Of a DNA stretch of 64,000 bases, positions 12,186-24,440 are shown one piece after another. The notes beneath the pieces are model-generated. The model did not search any database. It was given only the letters and a program-made list of their open reading frames with translations, and had not been told where the DNA came from. Source of the DNA: Mobula hypostoma (taxonomy: Eukaryota); assembly GCF_963921235.1 (NCBI RefSeq), contig NC_086109.1, forward strand, positions 29,762,001 through 29,826,000, written 5' to 3'. The position numbers and the translations under genes are program-made. Position 1 is the first letter of the stretch; every line of letters starts with the position of its first letter.

Positions 12186-14722
12186 GAGACACAGGACACA
12201 GGACACATGTACAGAGAATGAAAATAATTCTTTGAAATTTGTATATTCTGGTAAAAACTCATTATTAGCAATTACAGAATGAAAGTACTGAAAATTGCAA
12301 TGCAATTTACCTTTTGAGTGCAGTAAATACAAGACAGAAAAATCATCAGGTGCCAGTTCTAAGTATATTAACTATGGATTGTAGTAGCCTCCACATATTT
12401 GTTTGGATAATGGAGAAATAAACAATAATTTCTGAAATTTATAGTATGATCTGTACTTGAATGAACAATCCTGTACCCCCTCACTTAAAATTTGATGTTG
12501 AGATTAGTATTGTGACCATGGCTAGTCAACTTCTCCCAACAAGCTCATCAACAAGTCTTCTTTGTCATACTTCCAAATGGGATTGTTAAAAGCTACATTT
12601 GATACACATCGCAAAATTAGAGAAAGGCATTTTCTATTTGATTATTTCAATTCTATGATTAGTTTTAAAGTTTTGGCAAAGCTGCTGCATTCTAGCGAAA
12701 TCTACCAAATGTATTGTTCGAGTCTCGAACGTCAGCTGCTAACTGGCCTGTTTTGTATTTGTAGAAGTACCACTGTTTTTTTTTGATTTCTAGCACTTAA
12801 GGTTTCAGTTTGTGATTTTAGGGAGTAGGTTTCCAGAGACAAAGATTATGAGAAGACGTATCTGAATGCTGATAATTATTCAAACTATGGCCATGAAACA
12901 ACAAATTGTAGTAGATAACACAAAAATACAAAATAGCCAACACATACAGAACTCAAATATACACTAAAATATTTCTGGCAATGAAAAGTGTTTTAACTTC
13001 TGTCATATACAGCTTGAACTAAAGGCAATCCATGCCAGCTTCTCAGTACATTTAAGAGTTTCATTTGTTACAAGTGCACTGTCATGTCCTTGACAGTACC
13101 AAGGGGATTTCCTGCCAGGCCTAATGCACTTCATTGACGGGTAATCAATGAGAGGTTTTTATAATGTCAATAGCCTAAAGTGTTCTCTGTCAGTAAATAT
13201 ACAGTAGTTGCCATGACATTGTGAGTAATTACAGAGAAGAATTATTGCTACGCTTCAACCATGGAAATCCGATTGTTTTCAAATTTCCCATGTCCACTCA
13301 GCAGATAGTCTACCTTGGAAATCAATTTAAACATAAGTATGACAGAGCATTAATGAGTCCCTTACTGAACATATGGATGAGTAAATAATAATATAGAACA
13401 GCCTTTCTCAACCCTTTCACCCTGGAGGAACCCTTGAAATAATTTTCAGGTCTCAGGGAACCACTACATAAAAATTATTTTATCTACAGCTCACTGTACA
13501 TTAGCATGATCATTATGTTGTAGATACAATAATCCAAAATTAATTGTCAATGCTCTTTTGAGTAAAGAATGAATTTTTAGCCAACCTTCCTTGAAAAAAA
13601 AACGTAGTTAAGTTTAGCTTACCTTTCTTTATATTATTCTTTCTTTCTCTTTCATAAATTTTAAAAACTCATAAGGTAAACATAATAAATTTCTCAATTC
13701 TGGGTTGAACTTGAAATAAGCACACACGGATTTCACCTTCAGCTGAAATGAGATGATTTCTATCCTTGCTTTTCAACAAAAAAAAGGTTCCTCAGACATA
13801 TAAGAAGTTGAAAACTGCAGCAAGATGTTCATTGCTTTCTTACGAATGGCAGGTTACTCTTCTTTCACAGAAAATCAGAACTTATCCAGGAGCAGGTCAG
13901 TAAATCTCGACTACATGATCAGAGTGTAGCTCATGAAGGTCTTCCTCTTCTGTTCAGCCTGAGAACTTGAGTTTGAGAGAAGATTCAGAAAAGGGCCCCT
14001 CATCCAGTCATACAGTGTATTGAAAGAGAGGAAAAATACTTCTCAATTTTGTTCTACAGTTCTTCCAGGTGGTTTTCAATAAAACTCGAGACTTTCTGAT
14101 ATCCTTCCTTACTCTCAAGCCCAAACAGCAGTGGAAACATTTCAAGATTTCCTTTTGCAGCATAATTTTTCCAAAGATTCAGTTTCTTTTCAAGTTCAAG
14201 AATCTTGTCACTTGAAGTCAAAAGGTTTTCTCCAGGGCCTTACAGAGATCTGTTCAACTAGTTCATATGATGAAAATTGTCTGTTAAGTAGGCTAGTTTG
14301 TGCAACCATTCTTCATCTTCAAAGAATTCAGCAAAATCTGACTTACTATTTTCTTGAAAGTACTCCTGCAATTCACCTTTCAACTCGAACACCCTGTTGA
14401 GAATTCTTCCTCTGCTAAGTCAACAGATTTCTGTTTGTAGCAGGAGATTGATGTGCTCTTTGTCCAGGTATTCACAGTCTTTTAGACATTTTCGAGTGAA
14501 CAGTTCTTAAAGCTACTAAATAACTTGCTTCCTGAGTCTTTTTACTGACTGTAACATTATTTTCAGAAGCCTTAATCTGTTTCATTTGAGATTCAAAGAG
14601 TCGTTTAAAAGAACCAGCACTTTTACGTGTCACATGGCTGTGGTTTGTAGTTAAGGGTCTTTTCAATTTTGCTGGAGCCATTTCTGCATTTGTAAGTTCT
14701 TTGCCACAGGCTAGGTACAATG

Positions 14723-14932
14723 ATATAGCAAACACGAGAAAATCTGCAGATGCTGGAAACCCGAGCAACACTCTCAAAATGCTGGAGGAACTCAACAGGT
14801 CAGGTAGCATCTATGGAAAAGAGTACAGTCGACATTTCAGGCTGAAACTGGGTTTTGGCCCGAAACGTCAACTGTACTCTTTTCCATAGATGCTGCCGGG
14901 CCTGCTGAGTTCCTCCATCATTTTGTGTGTGT
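14723..14932. mobile_element. Fold-back Penelope terminal-repeat insertion inside the hAT transposase
   Basis: Inverted arms aaaatgctggaggaactcaacagg...gtacagtcgacattt / aaacgtcaactgtac...gttcctccatcatttt; 7-bp TSD tacaatg (14716-14722, 14933-14939). Confidence 0.85.
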
Positions 14933-15006
14933 TACAATGGAATGGGACAACTTGGATCACCAGTCCATGAAAAGCCCATTGATAAGTAGCTTTCATTGTA
15001 AAGATA

Positions 15007-16316
15007 TAGTACTAGTTGGTTACTTTAGTCCCACCCACTGCCTTTGTCTCCAGATCCCAGAAAAGGTTAGTGAGCTTCTTCTGGGGCAACAGGAGGCAAT
15101 GGATCTCTGCTGTGGTCTGGAGTCTTTTGATTGCAAAGGGTGACCTGTCACTGGTGTGTGTACACACAGCTGGTGGCCTTCTGCCTCAGGACTCCTCAAA
15201 GATACCTCTACAGTGACCACCCTCATAGATCGCATGCACTGGTGACGTGCTTTCTCCACCAGGGACACTACCTGCAGGGGGGCATGTGGCTTCCAGCAGA
15301 CAGCATCAGCCACGCTGCTTTGAGGGAACGGCCTCACTTTAACTGAGAGCTGTTGAGGGTATGGGGTCTCGTCTGACCCAGACAGGGTGCTCAGGCACCG
15401 GTGGGGGACTGTGCTCTAGATGCGAGGAGGACTGGTCTCCATCCTTTCACTGTGGATGTCGAGGGGGGTTCGGGGAAATGGAGGGATTCCTGCACCACTC
15501 GTTGGACCCAGCCCTTGGGATACCACGCGGGAGAGAGTCTCACACGACGTGAGCTGTCTTGCCAGGATGCCTACCATGTCCTCCCATGACACTCCAAAGC
15601 ACTTCTTGTACGGGCTGTTCTTGTACACCCTTCACTTCCTTGCCTTCGTCTGCCAACCAGACTTGCCTTGGCAATCTGTTTTACCATCAAATGGAAGAGG
15701 TCCCCAGTGGAGATCTCTTTATGCAGGGGTCTTTCCCCTGTACATTGGGGACCTGGGGTGGAAGGTGTTGTTTAGCATAATACCATGCAACAGGTTTTTA
15801 AGCAGGTTCACTGACACCCATCCACCTGTCTATTCTGTGGCCAGGAGAAGTCAGTGTACCATGCTTTTATGGAGTGAGAGGTTGCAGCCCCTGTTTGAGT
15901 ACCTGAAGAGGCTGCTGCTCAGGTCCTGGTTGCTCTCCTGCCTCGCACTCCTCATATACGGGCACCCAGTTCTGAAGGGTGTGGGTGGTGAGGAGGATCT
16001 ACTGATAGGCTTGCTCCTCGGCCTGGCCAAGATGGCCATTCACGGGTCTAGGCGGCAGACAGTCAAGGGCTCTGCCAGCGCTGACAGCCTGCCCCTCTTG
16101 CGAAGATACGTTCATGCTCTGCTGATCTAAGAGAAGGAGCATTCAGTCACAGTGGGTACAGTAGGGGATTTCTGGGAGCAGTGCCCTCCTCCCCCCTGGG
16201 AATTGACTGTTTTATAGACAGTAGTAATCATAATTTAATTTGAACTTATTCACCATCTTGTAAATATTTAAAGTTTGTACTTTGTGCATTTGTTGTATAA
16301 ATAAACTTTTATAGCT
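15007..16316 (+). mobile_element. Tx1-like (L1-clade) non-LTR retrotransposon 3' portion nested in the hAT
   Basis: ORF 15420-16130 has WRSLY...DLGWKVL...RLQPLFEYL...LLIYGHPV...DLLIGLLLGLAKMAI, resembling the Tx1 ORF2 C-terminus; AATAAA near 16300; approximate TSD ttgtaaagata / ttgtaaaaaaaagaca. Confidence 0.8.
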
Positions 16317-16654
16317 TTGTAAAAAAAAGACAGACTTTTTGTGTCCACTGTTGTACTAGTGCAGTGAAATGACTCAGAAGATTTTAATTCTTCATTATCA
16401 ACCTCCTCCTCTTCCATCTCATAGCTCCTCTTCAAAAATCGCCACACTGGACAGTACATAAAACAAAAAAATGCGTCCAATTTTCTAATACAACGGTAAA
16501 GTTTGTTTGTTCCCATAAGTCACTCAGCAGTGCATAAAGGGAAGTTGGGGGAGATTATTTGGGAGGGAGAGACTGACACACAGCCCAAAGTGGGGCTTGC
16601 ATTCAATGCTTGGAAAACATCCTTCCCACTTCTCAACAGCTTAATGCCATCGCC

Positions 16655-17050
16655 TGTGCAATACAACGCTCACCAATTGTCAGCCTACCGTCCTCCCCTC
16701 TGTGCAATACAGCACTCACCAATTATCAACTTACCGTCCTCCCCTTCGTGCAATACAGCACTCACCAATTATCAACTTACCGTCCTCCCCTTCATGCAAT
16801 ACAGCGCTCACCACTTGTCAACTTACTGTCCTCCCCTCTGTACAATGCAGCGCTCACCAATTATCAGTCTACCGTCCTCCCCTTCGTGCAATACAGCGCT
16901 CGCCAATTATCAGCCTATCATCTTCCCCTCTGTACGATACAGCACTCACCAGTTATCAGCCTACCATCCTCCCCTCCGTGCAATACAGCGCTCCTCACCA
17001 GCCTACCATTCCTGTGTGCAATACAACACTCACTAATTATCAATGGCCTC
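16655..17050. repeat. Tandem array of about 8-9 imperfect 46-bp units
   Basis: Unit approximately gtgcaatacagcgctcaccaattatcagcctaccgtcctcccctct; period 46 between 16702 and 16748. Confidence 0.95.
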
Positions 17051-18173
17051 CCCTATCTCACATTAAAAACTGAGAATGGACTCAAAACAAATAACCATGG
17101 TCCAACTGTGCACTGCCATAGAGGGCTGAGAGACCTCTGACAGGATTTCTAACAGGTCAGCTCAGTCACTGCCCACCATGAGTGTTATCATCGTGTGTCG
17201 CGTGAAGTTCAAAAAACAATTCTTTTTTAATCACAATCCCTCGTGACCTCTCACGGAAGCCAAGGGTTCCACGGAACCCCGGTTGAGAAACCCTGATGTA
17301 GAATCTTTAAGCACATAATTAGGAGTGTGTAGCTGGGCAAATGTAGTCCATTATTATAATTGATGTCTTTACATTTTGTATATTTTGATCATTTAGGTGA
17401 TATTTTCGGCAGTTAAACAAACGTATATTTGCAGTTTTCTTGGGAGTACGGATTCTGCAGTGCAATAAACTTGGCAACAAAATCTATCGCGTTCAAACAA
17501 ACCTTTGAGGTGAAGCCAGTATTGAATGCAAAAAGGTCCTGCATCTAACACCAAACGAAGTAATCTATCTCTCCAGGCAACAAAGGGATATTATTATGAT
17601 AATTTGGCATCACTGTTTTCGTATCATTTCCACATGTGTAAAGTTGGAGTGAGAAAGTTTAGATCCTCTGTGTTAAACCACATCTAAATTAATAATCCAT
17701 GAAATTAGCAATTGTTCCTTAGATTCATCTCTTTCATTGCAAGAACTGATGACCTATGCTGGTAAACTTCAGCGATACAAATAAGTGATATATCTAACTA
17801 TTACACCGTGAAATGTGTCATTTTTATGAGATTTTATGAGATAAGATTGCCTTAAGTAATCAATAGATCGCTTACTTCCACAGTTTTCATATCATATACA
17901 CACTGCATCTAGTCATTGAAATTCTGTCGTATTGTAAAAGCTGCTGTTTAACAATACTGTAATAGGAAATATACACACTTAAGTAAAAATTCAAAACCTT
18001 TATGTGTATATATATATGATAAACTATAATTTAGAGATTGCTTAATTAACTAGAGAACATGCAATTGCTCTCAATACTGATTTTAATGTTATGTATTTAA
18101 GAGTTGGCTGATGAAATTTGCTAGCTTTTTGCAAAAGGTACTATATTTAAGTTATAACTAATTTTTAAATTAA

Positions 18174-18378
18174 GTTTTATGCAGAGAGTAGTGAGTGCGT
18201 GGAACAGGCTGCCGGCGACGGTGGTGGAGGCGGATACGATAGGGTACATGGAGCTCAGAAAAATAAAGGGCTATGGGTAACCCTAGATAATTTCTAAGGT
18301 AAGGACATGTTTGGCACAGCTTTGTGGGCTGAAGGGCCTGTATTGTGCTGTAGGTTTTCCATGTTTCTATGTTTCTAT
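18174..18378 (+). mobile_element. CR1 3' end
   Basis: QRVVSAWNRLP motif and (atgtttct)n tail. Confidence 0.85.
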
Positions 18379-19913
18379 AATAGCAATGGATGAATGTCAC
18401 CTCTGTTTAAAATTTTGACCTTTTGCAACGTTGTTTTGGGTTTATTATATTCAGCTTTATATTTTCATAAAATGAGAAATGCAATCTGTAAGAAAATGTT
18501 AATTGGTGATGACAAGGAGCTCTTGAACAGCTGACAGAATCAATAATTTACATTCTCTTAGGATATGTTCCATCCAAGAGATTATATAAATAAACTGGGG
18601 CAGTGGAATTTATGAAAATCAAGTTCCTGACTACTTAGGACTGACAATGGAACTACTCAACTTTTCTTTAAATGCTTATTCATAATAATGTACGCATTTA
18701 ATATTCCCACTGATTTTATAGTAGTGACCACAGAACTGTGTCTTTTGAATGCCAAATTTTATTTAAAGGCAATTTAATTTTAGTGAGTGTCATAAGCATT
18801 TTTCATCTATCAATCTCCTCTTTGATTCTCAAGCATATTGAGGCCTTTATTGGTTTAAACATACAACTTTTAAATTTAAATATGAAATACAAGTATAAAT
18901 TAAGAAAGTTTAGCCATTTGGGCTTAATATGCTTCTCCAGTGCAGTTCCTAGGTTTATGCAAGAAAATTATATGGTTTATATAAAGTTAAATTTAAAAAA
19001 AAGAAAATGCTAGAAATACTTATTGGAAAACAAAAAAATCAAGAATTACAACAAGGAAGTAGGCCCTTCAACCCAACTTGTCCATACTAACTGTATTGCC
19101 CTGCAAGCTAGTCACATCCGCCTGCTTTTGTCCCACAGCCCTCTAAAACTCTACTACCCTTTTTATTTAAACTTGCCTTTGACCAACATAATTTTGTCTT
19201 TTTTTAATGTTTTCACTTAATCCTATTGTAAAACAAATTTGACTACAATACATCATTTGTATGAAAAGTGCTCTCTAACTCAGTTATTATAATTATTATT
19301 ATTATATTTTTCATTTTCACAGCTCAAGGTGGTAAAACCTGAGGTACGAACATAGCCAAACACACTCATTTCTCAATTGCAAGGACCTTTTGGACTATTC
19401 TCATGGTGTTTAGCATTACAGCTTTCTGGAGCTTTACATGAAAATTGCTCCTCAACACTGAACCTTTCTCCATGACTGTGGCCTGTAGCACTGAACTGGC
19501 TTCACGGCTGTGGACTTACTTTTGGGGACCTACGTTTCACGTTTTGTGGAATATTTGTTTGCTTTTTAAATTATTTCCACAATTAGTTCTTTCGTTTTCA
19601 CGCATTGGATGTCTGACTGTCTTTGTAATGAGGGGTTTCCCATGAACTGTATTGTGTTTCTTTGTTTTCAAGCTGCCTGCAAGAAGGTAAATCTCAAGCT
19701 GGTATACAGTATACATACTTCGTACTTTGAACTTTTTGTGTGAGTGCAAGACTTATTTTCCCAAACTATTGGATAGTCAGAGAATGTCACAATCCTGCCG
19801 GATTTTCACACAATGTTGACTTAAATCTAGTTCGCTGTGGTTGATAATTAAGAAACAAAAGAAAATGTTGGTCAAATTTCATCCTCACCATAGTTAGAAA
19901 TGAGACCAGTTCT

Positions 19914-20115
19914 TAGTTTGGGATGGTGGTGAATATTGGTAGCTCTGGTTGAGGTATCTGATGTTGTGGCATTCACCGAGCTTGGTCATTAGCTTGTAGA
20001 CGTTTCATCACCAATTGAGGTGACGTCCAACAACTGTGTACTGAGAACATCACTTCAACTGGTGATGAAATGTCGGCAAGTTAATTGCCAAGCTTGGCAA
20101 ACACCGTGACATCAA
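19914..20115. mobile_element. Fold-back insertion of a second Penelope-like family
   Basis: Imperfect inverted arms about 19959-20026 and 20047-20114; possible TSD accagttct (19905-19913, 20116-20124); decayed hammerhead-like motif at 20035-20080. Confidence 0.6.
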
Positions 20116-20924
20116 ACCAGTTCTAAGCATTTGGAAGTTTGGTTGATCAAAATGTTTGCATGACTTTTCAGCTCCAATTGAGAAGCCATCATCAGTGCGC
20201 AGTTAAGGGCATTGTCTCCTCGGAATGCCAGCTTATCTACTCCTCTGGGGACCGAATGTTCTAAGTATCTTGCCATCACCCCAGTTGAGATTATATATTA
20301 ACACTTCACCAAATGGTGTATTCACCATCACATACAGCCTCAACAACCCTTCAAAACAAAAACAGAAGTGAACTCAGTCACCTGCCAGCTGTATATTCGC
20401 ACATCTGCATGAAACTAGACACTTCTGGGATTCTTGCCAAAGTGATCGACAATGAAAGATTTCATATCACTACTGATGCTGTAACATTTTTCATTTGTCT
20501 TGCTGTGTCTTTCATGTATGCCCTTGAAAATAAATAAATAAATAAATATTTAAAACATGAGAAGTTGAAATAATACTGTATCCTTTATGGAGGGAGATCA
20601 TAATTTGGTGCCTAAAAGCATCTTCTGGTCAATGAAGCATTATAGAACAGTCAATGTGAAAATGTAGAAAGATGTGGCAGCCAATTCTCACAAAGAAATG
20701 TTCCAACAGTAATGAAATAAACAATAAAATCATTTTTTTAAGAAGTTGTTTGAAGTATAAGGTTGGCCAGGACACCAGGTAGCCTGCCTGTTTTTCTCCA
20801 GAAATTGTCACAAAATCGTTTATGTCCACCTGATGGGCTGGAATTGTCTCTGTTTACTATCTCATCCAAAACTTTACTTCCTTGGATGAGACAGAGAAGA
20901 GCCACACTGCATAGATGGAAAGTA

Positions 20925-21460
20925 GATTCAGTGGCCACTTTATTATGTACAGCTGTACACCTGCTTGTTAATGCAAATATCTAATCAGCCAATCACGTGG
21001 CAACAACTCATTGCATTAAAGATTGCAGATATAGTCAAGAGGTTTAGTTGTTGTTCAGACCAAACATCAGAGTGGGGAAGAAATGTGATCTGAGTGACTT
21101 TGACTGTGGAGTGATTGTTGGTGTCAGATGGGGTGGTTTGAGTATCTTGGAAACTACTGATCTCCTGGGGACACACACAATGGTCTCTAGAATTAACAGA
21201 GAATAGTACAAAAAAAAACAAAAAAAATCCAGTGAGCAACAGTTCTGAGGGCAAAAAGAAAGAGAGGTCAGAAGAAAATGGCCAGATTGGTTCAAGCTGA
21301 CTGGAAGGCGACAGTAACTTAAATAATCACGTGTTACAATAGTGGTGTGCAGAAGAGCATCTCTGAATGCACAACACATCAAACCTTGAAGTTAATGGGC
21401 TACAGCAGCAGAAGACCACACTAGGCTCTACTCCAGTACTTAAAGTTGTCGCCAAGTGTA
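20925..21460 (+). mobile_element. Internally deleted Tc1/mariner element
   Basis: TIR-like cagtggccactttatta(t)gtaca; N-terminal transposase remnant GKKCDLSDFDCGVIVGVR; homologous to 49853-50340. Confidence 0.85.
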
Positions 21461-22299
21461 GTGTATCAATGCACAATAACAGCAGAAATTAAGCAGTATG
21501 CATTGATCAATATTTTGAGTATTGTAGGGTTGCACTATCAGCAGTAGGTATAACAATGAGTGAGAAAAAAAACTGTAAGTGAACCAATTTTATTTATATT
21601 TTTGATTATAAAACTTTGGAGTTATACAGCAAACACCGCAGAAAATTTCCTACCAATCCAGGAGATATGGGGAGAACTTAGAGAGGATGAACTGGGAAAA
21701 ATACGTACATTTGTTACAATCAGTAACACTGCAATACAGCTGTTGTCAAAGTACACAGCTACAGCCTGGTATTCACACAGCTGGCCAAATAAATGGGCCA
21801 AATATTCTGCGCCAAAGACAACAAGTGTGATTGAGGGTAATTTAATCTTTTAATTACTTAAAGAACATATAATCTGCTGGAGGAGCTCAGAAGGTCAAAG
21901 GGAGAAAAGAATTGTCACCATTTTGCATGAGGACTGAGAGCGTAGATGAAAGGTAGCCAGTATAAAGTGGAGAGGGGGATTGGGCTTTGTGGTGAGACAG
22001 TCTCACCAGTGGCGACATGATGGCTGAAGATAGAAATACAAATAATGACCAACATATTGATATTTTGTATACTGTATACTGTATATTTTGTATACTCTCT
22101 CTTTCTCTCTCTCTCTCTTTTGCTTGTTATGCGCTGGCATTTAGGGCAGCAATAAAGGTCCGTCTCTGGTGGTGTTCAAGGCTACCTTCATCATGTCAGT
22201 AGCTTCATTGTGATGCAGCAGTGCCAAATTATTAATGTTACTGTGGTATCAAATATTATTGAGAATTACTGTTCTTAAGAGCCCGTGATATTATAGAAG

Positions 22300-23330
22300 A
22301 TATACTAAGACACTAACATGGACAGAAGTTTGGCTCACTAGCAGGAGAGATAGTGGGAAGAAATGGGACCTTTTTCTGGTTGGCTGCTGGTAACTAGTGG
22401 TTTTCCACAGCAGTCGATGTTGGATCTACTTTTCACGTTACGTGTTCATGATCTGATGAATTTGTGGCCTGGTCTGCACATGTGGGGGAGCAGGTAGTGT
22501 TAAGGAAGCAGGGAGTCTGCAGAAGCACTTGCACAGATTGGGAGAATGGCCAAAGAAGTGGCAGATGGAATATAGTGTAGGGAAGGGCACGGTCATGCAC
22601 TTTCGTAGAAGGAATAAAGACATGAACTATTTTCTAAACTGGGCGCAAATTCAGAGATGCAAAGGAACTTGTGAGTCCTAGTGCAGGATTTCCTAAAGGT
22701 TAATTTGCAGGTTGAGCCAGTAGTAAGGAATTCAAATGCTATGTTACCACTCATTTCAAGAGGTTAGACTATGAAAGCAAGGATGTAATGCTGAGACTTA
22801 TAGGGCATTGATCAGACCACAGTTGAAGTACTGTGAGTGGTTTTGGGCCCCAAATCTCATAAATGGCATGCTGGCATTAGGGGAGGGTCCAGAGGAGGTT
22901 TATGAGCATGATCCTGGGAATGAAAAGGTTAATGTATGAGGAGTGTTTGATGGTTCTTGGCCTGTACTCACTCGCGTTTAGAAGATTGAAGGGGATCTCA
23001 TTGAAACCTACCTAATATTGAAAAGTCAAGGTAGAATGTACACAAGAGGATGTTTCCAAGACTCTAGGACCAGAAGGCACGGCCTCAGGCTACAAAGATG
23101 TCTCTTTAGAACACAAATAAGGAGGAATTCATTCAGCCAGATGAATCTGTGGAACTCATTGCTATAGATGACTGTGTATTTAAAGTGGAGCTTGGTAGGT
23201 TCTTATCAGTAAGGCATCAAATTTTATGGAGAGAAGGCAGGAGAATAGGATTGAGAGGGAAAATAAATTACCCATTATGGAACAGGCTCAATGGACCAAA
23301 GGGCCTAGTTCTCTTCCTGGGTTTTCTGGT
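22300..23330 (+). mobile_element. Degenerate CR1 LINE 3' part
   Basis: RLGEWPKKWQMEYSVGK remnant and CR1 3' UTR. Confidence 0.85.
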
Positions 23331-24440
23331 TTTATAGTCATAATATATTTTTGATAAAGGATACAAAATTTCTGGGGAATGTGCCTTCTAAACTCTGGAA
23401 AGTCTAGAACTACTTTTATGTTTTTAACATTCGGATTCAGTGCATTGGTGGCATATTCCCTCCTGTACAAGCGGTCGTACTTGTTGTTTAAGTCACTGTA
23501 ACTTGGTTGTTCCAACAGGTGTTGGCTCATAAAGAACAGCTGAGAAGATAGCGTTTCTTTATGAAGTTGTTAGTCCGCCTCAGCTAGTTTCCTAGATTAG
23601 TCTTATGCCTATATGGTTAGGGAACCTACTGGCATTCACGGGCTTATCTGATAACAGAAGAGTACCTGATTACTTTGAAAATCTACTACAGGCGTAACTC
23701 GGAGCGATCAATAGGGGAATGAGGATCTTTGAAAGCAATCAACAAAATAAATATCAAATAAGTGGGTTATGAAATATTCAAAGAAAGAGGAATGTATGAA
23801 GTTTCAGCATAAAATACTCTGAAGTATATGTGCTGGTGTAAACTGAATTTTGGACTAGGCCCATTGCCTGGATACATTCTAGAGCATGCGTTCAACAGAG
23901 TTTACTGTCACAAAATACTCACAACTTTTATATAGCTGACCTGTATAAAAGCCTCTGTCATTTGCAGATGCAGAATGCAGAATGAAACATATCAAGAAAG
24001 AATCATTAGCAAATCCTGGATCCTACTGAAAATCTACTTCCTTCTCTCAAGCGATACGCAGTACTTGAGGACACCATCTTAAAATGAAAACACTTACCAG
24101 TGATTGATGTTTTGTAAGCACTACAAATGGTAATAATTTGTATTTGGTTATTGAGGGTGAGGTCTGACAGTGAGGAATGTGGTCTTCATGCTGCTTTTTT
24201 TCTCATGTCCGTTTGGAGACAATCAATTTCAGATGTGATAGCATTGGCTCATGCCCATATAATTTGGGCAATTGAATTGGCATCTACTGTACTGGTATAA
24301 ATAATGATGAAGATGGATGTGCATGTAACTTATTACAACAGCCCAGTATTAACTCAATTTGATATCATATTTAAAAAAAGTAGTTGACTAATTGTTTAGA
24401 TTTTCACACTTAAAAGCAGGCTACATTGAACATTAATGTA

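Larger units (their letters stand above)
13399..17295 (-). mobile_element. hAT DNA transposon, Buster/Charlie (ZBED5/ZBED8-like) family, both ends present, transposase decayed
   Basis: TIRs cagcctttctcaacc / ggttgagaaaccctg; 8-bp TSD atatagaa (13391-13398) / atgtagaa (17296-17303); minus-strand remnants YNESYLSMGFSWTGDPSCPIPL and CGKELTNAEMAPAKLKRPLTTNH (BED-finger region). Confidence 0.92.

Noticed and set aside
16655..17050. CRISPR-like regular repeat
   Set aside because: Units are contiguous with no unique spacers, there are no cas genes and the context is eukaryotic
16503..17140. ORFs of 123-177 aa in three frames
   Set aside because: By-product of the stop-poor 46-bp tandem repeat
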